Shown: piece after piece, positions 33,002 to 43,984 of the stretch
Layout of the letters: every line of letters begins with the position of its first letter
Numbering within the stretch: the stretch's first letter is position 1
Assembly: GCA_013416795.1 (NCBI GenBank)
Contig: RQSC01000009.1
Location: 154,480-218,479, forward strand
Length of the DNA stretch: 64,000 nucleotides
Source: Prasinococcaceae sp. CCMP 1430
Lineage: Eukaryota > Plantae > Prasinodermophyta
Reading direction: 5' to 3'
The notes under the pieces: generated by a model
The model's input: the letters and a program-made list of their open reading frames with translations, nothing else
Database searches by the model: none
Told to the model about the DNA's origin: nothing
Program-made: the position numbers and the translations under genes

Positions 33002-33889
33002 CGCACCCGCGCGGAGCTTTGCCTCGCCCGTCCGAGCCCTCTCCCCCCGTCACCCCCACCCCCACCCTCGCTCGCGTGCGCTACGGCGCGCACCCACGTC
33101 GCACGCACAGCCCAGCCGCGCGCGCGCGCGCGCGCGACCCGCGCGCGCGCGCGCGCACCGCCCAAAACACATTCATTTTGATCAACATTGATCAACAAGA
33201 TACTCTCCCGTGGCTTGACGTCAGCCTGTCGTCGTTGACCAGTTCGCAGGTTTGTTACCCGATCCATCCGCCCGCGCGCGCGCCCCGCGCGCCCGCATCC
33301 CGTCCGCCCGAAGCGGATGCGTTTTGATACACCCCGCGCCCCCCCGGGAGTCCCCACCCGCGCGGCTGTCTGACAGGGTCTCCGTCGCCCTTCAAGCGCA
33401 TCTCAAATCGGGTCAAACGCATCTCAAATCGGGGCTGTCCGCTTCGGGGGGCCGGCCACTTCGGCGCTGTGGGACGTCAAAATGAATGCAGATTTGCTTA
33501 CGGTCGAATGTGCGTGTTTTGACCCCCGCGGGCGTCCACGCGGCCCCGTGCAAAATACAGTCAAAATGCATTGCGGTCGTCGTGTGATGTGAACCCTCCA
33601 CCCCTCGTGCAGACCCAAATGTCAGACCCAAAGTCCCGCGAGTCCCGATGCGGCGGCGGGCGGCCGGGGCGGCGGCGGGGCGGCACAGTGACCTTCCCCC
33701 CCGCCTCTCCCCCCCCGCCTCCCCACACACGTGTCCTCCCTCCCCCTTCGTCTCCCCTCCGCTAGCTCTGTGTGCCACCCCTGTGTCTGCGCTCCCGCCT
33801 GTGCGGGCCCGGGCGTCGAGGGCGGGCCGGTGGAGTTGAATGCCCCTGGCCCGTCGCTCGGGTGGGTTGGGGGCGGCGCGCCGGCGGCG

Positions 33890-34540
33890 ATGGCGCACCC
33901 GCCGGCGCTGCGCGACATGATGGCAATGAGCTTCGACGACATGGCCGCGGCGATGGAGGGACTCCGGTCGGGTGCTGGCGCCGCGCGTGGCGCGTGGCGG
34001 GGGCTTGCACCGCAAGAGCGTGCGGCGCACGCGCCGGTGGCGGTGGCGGCGGAGCAGCAGCCGCATCCGCAGCAGCAGTGGGCCCTGCAGGACGCGCGTG
34101 AGAGAGAGCTTGACGTGCTTCTGTTTGGTCCTGGGAGCGAGGCGCATGCGGATGCGGCGCGGGGCGTCTTCGCAGCGACACGCGGGCAGATGGACGAGGC
34201 GGCCGCCTTCGGTGCTGCCGACTTCGCCACGATGGAGCCGCTCGCCGACGCGGTGGCGGCCGGCCGTCGCGCCGTGCTCACGCGGCCGCGAGCGACGCCG
34301 GCGCGGCCTCCAAAAGGGCGCGCCGTATGCACAGGTCACCTCGCGACGTCCCTGTCGGCTTGGCTGGGGCAACAAAGAGTCGATGGCGAGGGGCGAGAAG
34401 TGGACGGCCTGCCACAGCGCGCCGACCCCATCACGCGCGCCGAGTTCACGCACGCGCAGGCTGCTGCGGTCGCCGCCTTCGCAAGCGGCGTCGACGCCTC
34501 CCCAGGCAGCACGCGCGGCGCGCTAGTTCCGTACAGGTGA
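33890..34540 (+). CDS. Hypothetical protein
   Basis: ATG 33890 with coding-like codon use; no recognised domain; the end may be a splice donor (TACAG|GTGACG). Confidence 0.45.
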   Translation: MAHPPALRDMMAMSFDDMAAAMEGLRSGAGAARGAWRGLAPQERAAHAPVAVAAEQQPHPQQQWALQDARERELDVLLFGPGSEAHADAARGVFAATRGQMDEAAAFGAADFATMEPLADAVAAGRRAVLTRPRATPARPPKGRAVCTGHLATSLSAWLGQQRVDGEGREVDGLPQRADPITRAEFTHAQAAAVAAFASGVDASPGSTRGALVPYR

Positions 34541-34772
34541 CGCCGCGCCAGCCGCGCGTGGAGATGGGGCGCCTCCCGAGGCAGCACGCACAGCGCCTTG
34601 CTCATGCTCAGGTGACGTCCCACCTGCCGCACCCGCCGCGCCTGCAGCTGCGGCCGAGGTAATAAAAACACAGTGCAAAACACCTGCGCCGGCGCGGCCA
34701 CACCGCGCGCGCGGCGCGGCGGGCCGCGGGGCGCGCAGCTCCGGGGAGGAAAGGGAGGGGGGGGGAGGCGCC

Positions 34773-36606
34773 ATGGCGGCGGCGAGAGCAGCGGCGATGG
34801 TATTGGCGGCGGCGCGCGGGCGCGCGCGGCCCCTCGTCCCAGGGCGTGCGCGCGCGGTGGCCGCTGCCGCGGCGGTTGGGCAGCAGCAGCAGCAGCAGCA
34901 GCTGGAGCAGGAGCAGCAGCAGGTGCAGGAGCAGGTGCAGGAGCAGGTGCAGCAGGGGCAGGAGGAGCAGGAGCAGGGACGAGCGCAGCGGCTGGGGCGA
35001 GCGCCGCACGAGCCGCGGGCGCATTCTCCCGCCCTCGTGCGCGACTTCGTGCGCCGCTCGCTGTACGACCCGGCGGCGGGCTACTTCCCGTCGCAGGCGC
35101 CCGTCGGCGCACTCGGCGCGCCGCTCGACTTCGGCGCGCTCGCGGGCCGCGACGCGTACGAGGCGGTCGTCGGCGGCGCGTACGCGCGGCTCGGCTCGGC
35201 GTGGCTGACGCCCGCCGAGATCTTCAGGCCGTGGTACGGCTACGCCGTCGGCGAGTACCTCGTGCACCTGTGGGAGAGCGAGGAGGCGGGCTTCCGCGGC
35301 CACCCGATGCGCGTGTACGAGGTCGGCGGCGGGCGCGGCACGGCTGCGCGCGACGTGCTCGACTATATCCGCGCGGCCGCGCCGCACCTGTACGCGGACA
35401 TGCGCATGACGTCGGTTGAGGTCGCGCCGCCGCTCGCGGCCGCGCAGCGCCGCGCCGTCGCGGCCGCGCCCGATGGGCACGCGCACAAGCACGCCGTGCT
35501 GGAGGGCGATGCGTCCGACCCGGAGCTGTGGGGGGGGCGCGACGAGGCGCCGTGCGCGGTGGTCGCGCTTGAGGTGTTTGACAACCTGGTGCACGACAAG
35601 ATCACGCGCGTGCGCGGGGAGTGGCACGAGGCGCTCGTGGAGGAGACCCTCGTGCCTGCAGGGGTTCAGGGGGGTTCGCGCGTGCAGCGCGCGGAGCGCA
35701 CGCGGCCGCTGCAGGACGAGCGCATCCGGCGGGTCCTCCAGCTGCGCGAGGACATTCGCCCAGCGACCGGCGGCATTCGCATGGAGAGGCTGTTTCGATG
35801 GGAGGAGAGCGTGTGGCTGCCCACTGGCTGCCTGCAGCTGCTCCGGGCGCTGCACGAGCGCAGGTGCGCGCGAACACGCGCGCGTGGCGCGTGCGCCCAC
35901 ACGCGCAAGCGCGCGCGCGCGCACGCGCTCCACACACGCAAGAGTGCGTGCGTCTCCACTGCGCTCCGCGTGCGCGGGGCTTTGCGCGCGCTGACGTTGT
36001 ACGCCTTCGGTCTCCGTGATCCGATTCCCTGCGCCTTTAATCGGTCGCCCTGGCGTGCGCGGTCCGCGCAGGCCGCACCACGCTCTTGTCGCCGCCGACT
36101 TCTCGCGCCTGCCGCCCGCCGGCGGCGTGGTGGGCGAGATGGCGCCCGTGGTCGCGTCCAAGTCTGACGGCGTCAACACCGACCACAGCACGTACCTGGT
36201 GGAACCCGGCACCGCGGACATATTCTTCCCGACGGATTTTCACCTGCTCAAGAAGATGTGGCTTGAGAGCGCATTGGAGGACGCAGTCGCGCAGGAGCTG
36301 AAAGAGAAGGTGCGCGGGGAGCGGCATTTCGCGAGGGCGAGGGCGCCTTCCGCGCGAGCGCGCTCGCTGGACGCGCGCGCGCGAGAACTGACCCAGCGCT
36401 GCGCCCGAACTCAGGCGGCGGAGCACGACGACAGCAAGCTCAAGCTCAAACTGGCGTTGCCGCGCTCGGTGGCGATGACGCAGGACCGCTTCATGGCCAC
36501 ATTCGCGGACGCGTCCCGGTGCCGCCTGGGTGACGGCTACAACCCGCTGCTCGAGGACTTCGGGAACGCCGCATTTTTCCTCTCGCACGGCCTGCCGAAG
36601 AAGTAA
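34773..36606 (+). CDS. NDUFAF7: NDUFAF7/MidA-family SAM-dependent methyltransferase (exons 34773-35863, 36072-36309, 36415-36606)
   Basis: VRDFVRRSLYDPAAGYF, WLTPAEIFRPWYG, YEVGGGRGT, VVALEVFDNLVHD, WLPTG, LVAADFSRLP; N-terminal presequence plus a Q/E repeat. Confidence 0.85.
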
Positions 36607-36791
36607 AGCCGATGAGACATCTTACATACAGTGCCACTTGCGACATTTACTCTCGCTCTCCTGCTCTACGTGCTCGGGCGTGCTTACGCGCTCGTCGCGC
36701 CACCAAAATCGAACTGTTTGCGCACGCGCAGCTCGAACGTGCGCCCCGGCGCTCATGCATGCTCTTGCATGTCCCAAAACTCCATCAGCCT

Positions 36792-39700
36792 CTACCGTCC
36801 GCCCCAGAAGCGCCACCACGGCGCCTTCTCCGAGTCGCTGCCGCTGTCGGGGGTGTGCTCGTCACCCGTGGCGCGCTGGGAGGCATCGCTGGCGCTGCTG
36901 CGGCTGCTCCACAGCCGCCACCACGGCCGTCGCTGATCATCGTAGAGTTGCTGCGACGCTCCCTGCTCTCGGCGCGAGGAGCCTGCGCCAGCGCGCCGCG
37001 ACTCGTCGTTTGGCAGCACTCGCGTTCCGTGGGACCTCCTGAAGGCCCGCTCGTTGCTCACGACAGCTCCCAAGCCCAGAAAGCGGCGGTTTGCTCTCAC
37101 GCGCTTGTCGTTCAGTTCTTCCAGGTAGTGCTCCTTGTCCTGCTCGTTGACGACGCCCTCCTTGTACAGGTCCTCAACCACATGGGCCTCGCGGGTGAGC
37201 ATGAGATTGATGACCTGGACCGTGCGCAGGTTTTCCAGGACCTCGGGCCTCACCTCGGCGAGTCGCTGCAGGTAGGCCAGAGCGTGCGCTTCGTTCACCT
37301 CGGACATCTCGTGGAGGCGGGTGAGCTCGTTCTTCACGGTTGAGTGGCATATGGAGATCTCCTCCCCCGTCACATCCTCCTCGTGCGTCCCGGGCCCGGC
37401 GATGGGCTGGGGAAGGACGACGTGATGCGTCTTCGTTCGCTTGAGCATCTCGCCGCTAGAAGAGAGCCGCTCGTACAGATCCATGCCACGCCCGTGCACG
37501 CGGGCCGCGGGTCGCGGCGAGGACGAGCCGCCGGCGGTCGCAGCATGGTCGTCCATAGCCTCGACCTCCGCCTGGGCATTGATGGCGTTGGCGTCCTGCT
37601 CGAGTAGCTGCTCGCCGTCGGGGGCCGGTACGTCGCCGGTCAGGGGGGCCATAACTTCGCGGCCCATGTTGATCATCGCACGTCCTCCTGTCGAAATGTC
37701 GTTCGCGATGCCCTGCCCAGCTTCCGCAAAAGCTTCAACGGTCGCGCGGGCAGTCTTTTCAGCGCGCTCGCGCGCACCGGGCGCAGCTTTCAGTGTGGCG
37801 GTGATTGCGTAGCGCCTCGGGCGGCTGTGACCCGCGAGCGCGCTGAGGTCCAGCTCCGATTGCGTGCGATGTCTCATGTTGGCGTGGCCTCGAGTAGAAG
37901 AGTCTTCCTCTAAGGAGCTCAGTGTCATCTGTTCGGTGAACTCGCGCCCACCTTCCTTGGCCTCGGGCCTGCCACCGGGGGGCGGGGAGCCGTCCTCCGA
38001 TGATCGATGGGACTCGCGCTCCTTCTTGCGCGCAATGCGACGCACGCCCGCGCCGAGCACGCGGCGCAGAAATGCGGTCGCCTCGCGGTGTGCCAGGATG
38101 TACGAGACCGCCAGGGAAGCACCCGTGACGACATCGTTGGAGAACGAGAAACCCACATACTGGCCGGCGAAGTAGTTCGCCCGCGCCCACAGGCGCTGGT
38201 ACCAGGTTCGAAGCTCTTTGCCTTCAGGGCAGTGGCGCTTGAGGACGTCCCAGTCACTGAACATTTCCATGCTCACCTGCTCGATGGCCTCGTCGGTCAC
38301 GTCGATGAGCACGTTGGCGGCGCGCTCCTCGAGGTAGCCCTCGGTGAGCTGGTTCCAATACGCGCGCTGCAGTCCCATGTAGAAGCGCGTGCGCAGCTCC
38401 TTTGACACGCTGCAGCGCACCGAGGTGTACACCTTCTCGCGCCTCTGGTCCTCGCTGACGTCGGTCTTCCATGCCTTCGCCTCCTCTGACTCTACCTGAA
38501 GAGTCGCAGTGCGCCGCAGCATCTCGAGCACGGCGCCGCCCGTCTCCGCATGGCCCTTGGCCCTGGCGTCGTGCTCTCGCATGGCGAAGCCATGTGCAAA
38601 GCCCTTCTTGGTCGCGAGCTCGTTGAGGGCTGCCACTGACGCATCGCGCGACATTGACGTCATATGCGGCGAAGAAGAATGCGCATCGCCCGTGACCACG
38701 CCGAGGTCTGCTACGGAGCGTATGACCCTGGCATTCACTTTCTCGTAGGCCATTGCGTCAGCGTCCTGGCTGTCTTCGCTTCCAAATGTGCCCGAGCGCT
38801 CGGCGTTCTCCTGTGCGGCGAGATCGAGCACGCGCTTCGAGAGGCTCCTGGAAGCGGAGTGCGTCATCGTGGCCTCGGGACTCGTCGGCAAAGACGACGG
38901 GGACCCAGGCTGCGGAGGCGAGGGTGGCGGGCTTGTGGACGCAGGCGTGGAGGGCAGCGTCTCGGGTTCGGCGGGGGGCGCCGCCTCTGACGTGGAGTCC
39001 CGCGTCGCTGCTACAGTGCGCCCGCACGCTCTGCCACTACCGCTGCCCTCTCTCGCCGCGCGCTCCTCGCCCTCGGCGTCCTCCATGACCGTAGAGATCC
39101 TGCTGGGGGAGCTATTCGACGTCGGCGATAATTTCGGCGCCCCTTCTTCGGCGACGTCTTCTGCGTCGGTACCAGCGAGACCTTTTTCGAAGCCGTCTTT
39201 GCCTCTCTCGACGCCGTCCATGCCCAAAGCAAGGCTCATCTCGGGGACCTGCTGCGATTCTTCGATGGGGCCGAGCGATACGTACTGAGCGACGATGTCG
39301 CGCTTGGCGCTGCCGCCCAAAATGGAATCAAGCACTCCGTGTTTCACCCTGCGGAAGTCACGGGTGACCTTGTAGGTCACATATTCCTTGGCTTCCTGCT
39401 GGAGCGCCTCGTGCGCGGCGGTTGGGTCCTCGATCACGCCAAGGAACTTTGCGACGTACGGCGTCGTGGGTCCATTGAAGAGCAGCGTCGCCATGACGAT
39501 GAATGACGTGAAGAAGATGACCAACGCTCTATCCCGTTCGCTTGCTTCCACTGCGGTCTCCTCCCACGTGCTATCTCAGCGCGCCGCGCGTCCAAATGCG
39601 GGTGGGTCGGGAGGGGGTGAGGCGATCGGGTGGCTCCTGTTGTCAGCGCTTCATACAATCGCTTTGATGCGCCATGACGTGGCCATAGCACAAGCGCTCT

Positions 39701-41120
39701 AGCCGGCCAGTCAAGCGAGCAGAGCATGCTTGTCCGCCGACGTGCACGCGTGCACTGCGAGGAAGCGAGCGCTTCAAAGGTGAATCTGAAAAATGCATCT
39801 TGGGGCGTCCGGGCGCGCTGGAAGCGACACCGCGTCCCCAACGTACATCGCGAGCGACAGGCCGACGGCGCCGCGCAGGCCGCCGTGCGACATGACGAAA
39901 GCGTCGCGCCATGTAAGTCCGTAGCCCGTGCGTGACAGGATGGGCAAGAGGAGAAGGAGGACGACGAGCCTGATGAGATACACAAAGACGAACAGCAGAA
40001 ATGCCCAGCCCCAATCTTGTCCTTGGATCTGGCACTCAAGAGTCGCCCCGCAGAAGATGCGCGAGGCTACAATGGTGCCTGCCAGGAAGAAAATGACAGT
40101 ATTAGCGACGTACTCGATGAACTCCCAGACCGAAGTCACGAATTCGCCCTTATCACCGACGAGGAGGTACGTTGTGGCGCCCGCGGCGATCACAAGGCCC
40201 ATCGTGACGACGGTGAGAACGCCGGACGCCTCGGCGTTGAACTCCGACACGAAAAAGCCGAGATACGCCGCTGCCACGGTGATGCCTGCCTGGAGGATGG
40301 CGTCGAGGCCTGTGAAGCCGATCCAGATGGCGGCGACCAGACCGAAGCCGAGTCCGATGGCGGGACCGCCGAGCACGCTGCGAGCGAAGAACCCAATCAC
40401 CCCGCCCGCGCTGTAGCTGATGCCATTCTGCAGGTTGAGGAAGAGTCGGAACATGACGGCCGCGCTGCCGTCATTCAGCAGGCTCTCGCCCGTGATGACG
40501 ACGGTCAGAGCGCGCGGTGCCCCCAGCTCCTTTAGGAGCGCGACCACGGCGACTGGATCGGTGGCGGACAGGATTGACCCAAGCGCCATAGCGGTGTACC
40601 AGTTCCAGTTGTACGGAAAGACGTACTTCCCGACCACGGCCGTGAGGAACGCACCCAGACCCACAGCGACGAACGCCAGAATGAGGATCTGGATGATCGA
40701 TTTCTTGAATATGTGGACGTTGGTGGCCATCGCATCGGCCATGACGAGCGCCGGAAGGAACGCGAAGAGCACCAGCTCCCCGTTGATAAAGACCCAGGCT
40801 TCTGTCGCAGGATAGAGCGTCCCAAGGCTGCCATTGGAGGCAGGCGGGGTACCATCCCCGACGAGACTGCTCGGAAAGCCAGTTTCGCTCCACCAGAGGC
40901 CGAGCAAAAATCCGACTATTAGAACTGCAGCGGTGTACGGCACCTTGGAGATGAAGAACGTGTTTCGCGCCAGCGTCGCCACGTGCCGCGCGACAAGCCC
41001 CCAGAAGAGCGCGAAGAAGAAGTACAGGATCGGCAGGAACGGCTCCTCAGTGAGTTGCGATTCTCCTCCCTCTCCATGCTCGAGCAGCACGCGCTTCAGC
41101 GTGCGCGCGACCGTCGCCAT
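36792..41120 (-). CDS. SOS1: SOS1/NHX7-8-like plasma-membrane Na+/H+ antiporter (CPA1); intron(s) between about 39835 and 39560
   Basis: FLPALVMADA, GSILSATDPVAVVALLK, GESLLNDG, HGGLRGAVGL. The cytosolic segments RFYMGLQRAYWNQLTEG...DEAIEQVS..DW and VEDLYKEGVVNEQD resemble SOS1. Confidence 0.88.
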
Positions 41121-41359
41121 GGCGGCAGCTCAGGCGCTGCCGCAATCTTTCTACCCTCCCTCCCTCGAGGCCCCTGCCACTACGCAGCGGGAGCGCGACG
41201 GAGCCTTGCTCATGTATCTATCCCCCACCGGATGTGGCGCGTACCGCGTCGCGGCCGTGTTGAACGCAGCGAAAAAACACGCCCGGCGCGTTTGGCGGCG
41301 CCGCCGGCGCCGCCGGCGTCGCGCCGCTCCGCTTCGCGGAGCGGCGCACCCGACCAACC

Positions 41360-41360
<1 letters not shown>

Positions 41361-41411
<51 letters not shown>
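41361..41411 (+). repeat. Poly-C tract (51 nt); similar tracts at 46391-46420 and 60663-60693
   Basis: Read directly; length may be unreliable. Confidence 0.85.
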
Positions 41412-41574
41412 AGTGTGTGGCACCGTGTGGCACCGCCCCCCTCCCACCCCGCCGTCAGCATCGTGCGGGCACACCCCACCCGAAGATATTCTGGAGAGTC
41501 GTGCCATCCATCGCTCGCGTCCCACACCCACACACCACTATGCACACAATCCCCATCAAGATTTTCAAACCATT

Positions 41575-41593
41575 TTTAGGGTTTAGGGTTTAG
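41575..41593 (+). promoter_or_regulatory. Interstitial telomere-like repeat (TTTAGGG)2TTTAG, telo-box-like, in the divergent SOS1-like/Sec14 intergenic region
   Basis: Exact plant-type telomere unit x2.7 in an AT-rich promoter-like patch. Confidence 0.6.
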
Positions 41594-42124
41594 TTTCGAA
41601 CGCGGCCAGAGCATCCAATTTGATGGCGCGCGCGATCGGCCTGGCGTGCACATCTGACGGAGGAGTGAATCCTTGGCGCGCTGGAACGAATCATGTGTGC
41701 GGCATCCGCGATCGAATTTACGTGCTTTTATTCTAAATTTTGAAAATTTTGGAACGAAGTTTCGCAGCAAAGAAAAAATTTCCTCACTACGAACTTAAGG
41801 TCAAAATGAACTAAAGAGAATAAAAAAGAGAAAAGAATACTGCAAAAAAATCGTGATTCTGCGATCGCGCTGCGGAATAAACGCGCGCGCGGCGCCGCCG
41901 GTGCTGTCGGCGCGCACGGTCACAGTGTGCGCGCCACAGCGCGCGCCGGGGGCGGGAGCGGCGGGGGTCCTCGCGAGCCTGCGCCGGAGTGGGGCGGGGT
42001 GAGGCTGCCGCAGCGGTCGCCGCAATCGCAGATCGCCGGCGCGGCCGGCGGCATCCTGAGCGTCCCCGCGAACTCCCAGGGCGAGCGCGAGCCAGGCCCG
42101 CGCGCGCTGCCCGACGGGCTCGCG

Positions 42125-43890
42125 ATGGCGGGCGCGTTCGGCGGCGTGCATTCGCTCACCGAGCTGCCGGCCTTTTCGTCCCAGCACACGCGGTACGCGC
42201 TGAGCGCGGAGGATGCCAAGCGCGACGCGCGCCTGTACGACGTCCTCACCAAGGGGCTGGAGTCCTATGGGGCGAACAACAAGAGCAGCGAGCTGCGCAA
42301 GAAGCCGACATTCTTCCGGCGCGACCGAGGCGCGTCAATCATTTGGGACGCCGACGACAACATCGAATTGCTCCGCCGCCGCCTGGTGGACGCCGGCGAG
42401 CTCAAGGCTGACGAGGACGAATACCTCAACCACCCCGTGGAGAGCGTTTTGGCGCGCTTCCTGCGCGCGAGAGAGGGCAACACGGACGAAGCGTACGATC
42501 AATTCATGCGCATGTGTGCGTGGAGGCGTGAAGAGGCGGTCGACCGCATCGTCGAGGAGGACTTTCCCGAGCACGCTCAATTGGAAGCACTGTACCCTCA
42601 CTACTTCATGCGCACTGACCGGCTGCAGCGCCCGGTTTCCTACGTGAATCTCGGCGGTAGCGACCTCGACAAGATCTTGGAGCTGATGTCGCCGGAGCGT
42701 TTTCTCCGCTACGACCTGCTGCTACGGGAACTGGCCATGCGCTATCACTACCCCAAGCTGTGGGGCGAGTACGGCACCTGCATCGATCAGAGCGTGTGCA
42801 TCGTTGATCTCAAGGGCTTCTCTCTCTCGCAATTCTCGAAGCAGGCGAGAGAGCTCATGACTCGCGCGGCGCACAAGGACCAAGAGTTCTATCCGGAAAT
42901 GCTCGGCAAGGCCTTCGTCATTAACGCCCCAACGACCTTCAGGTATGCTCGTGGACGCTCCCGCCCACCCCGTGTGCGGTACCAAACATTCGCTGACGCA
43001 CGCGTTGCACGACTGTCGGTTTATCTGACGCGCCCGGACGCCGACGATCTTGCAGGGTGGTGTGGGCCATACTGAAGACCCTCATCGGGCGGCGCACGCA
43101 GGACAAGGTCACGGTGTGCGGGAAGAACTTCCAAAAAAAGCTTCACGCCGCAATTCATGTGCGTGCACGTGCGCAACCCACTCCAGTCTCCACCTGCCTG
43201 CGCGCATTCTGTGTGGATCGCTTGCATCGCTCTCTGGCCATCGCCCACGGCTGACGCGCTCGCGCGCGCCCACAGCCCGACAACCTCCCTGCATTTCTCG
43301 GAGGCACGCAGCGGGAGGTGAAGGTGGACGTGTTCAGGGAGTATCTCGAGGCGGCCCGCGCGGACTTGGCCGCCAATGACGGTGAAGGACTCGAGACCTC
43401 TCCCGCGGCCTCGCTGATCGGGAGTGCTAGGCCTGCTGCGGCTCCAGAGCCCGCCGAGGACGCCGTCGCAGCTGGTGACACCAACGGCGCGCTAGAACGC
43501 CTTGTTACCGCCAAAGACGCATCGGAGGGCTTGCTCATGCCACCGCTTCAGCAAATGGATACAGCAGAATGCGGCGCTGTCCCGAGGAGCGACGTGGGCT
43601 CGCAGAGCATGGTAGCCACGCCACATGGCGCCGACGCGGGCGAGATGACGTCATCGACAGCAGCGCCAGACAGCGTTGCGAGCGGCAGCAGCGTCGATCC
43701 GATCATCAAGCCCGCCCATGGGCGCATGGTGGTACTGGTCGGGGGTGTTGCACGCCACGTGCTGCTGGCGACGTGGCACTACGCGCTCGTGTCGCTGCTG
43801 TTGTCGGCGTTCAGGCTGGCGCTCAGTACATGGGCGACATCTCCCGAGACGAACGCGAAGGCATACGACTGGCGAGCGATCTTTGTATGA
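42125..43890 (+). CDS. Sec14/CRAL-TRIO lipid-transfer protein (exons 42125-42942, 43056-43158, 43276-43890)
   Basis: LARFLRAREGN...AWRREE, YPHYF..TDRLQRPV, IVDLKGFS, DQEFYPEMLGKAFVINAP, PDNLPAFLGG; hydrophobic C-terminal segment. Confidence 0.9.
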
Positions 43891-43984
43891 GCGACTGGAA
43901 GGCGTTCCTCGAGGAACGGTAAGACAAAACTGACTGCTTCGTTCGCATTTTATAGGCCCTGCCACAGTATGTTCAATGTTCACT

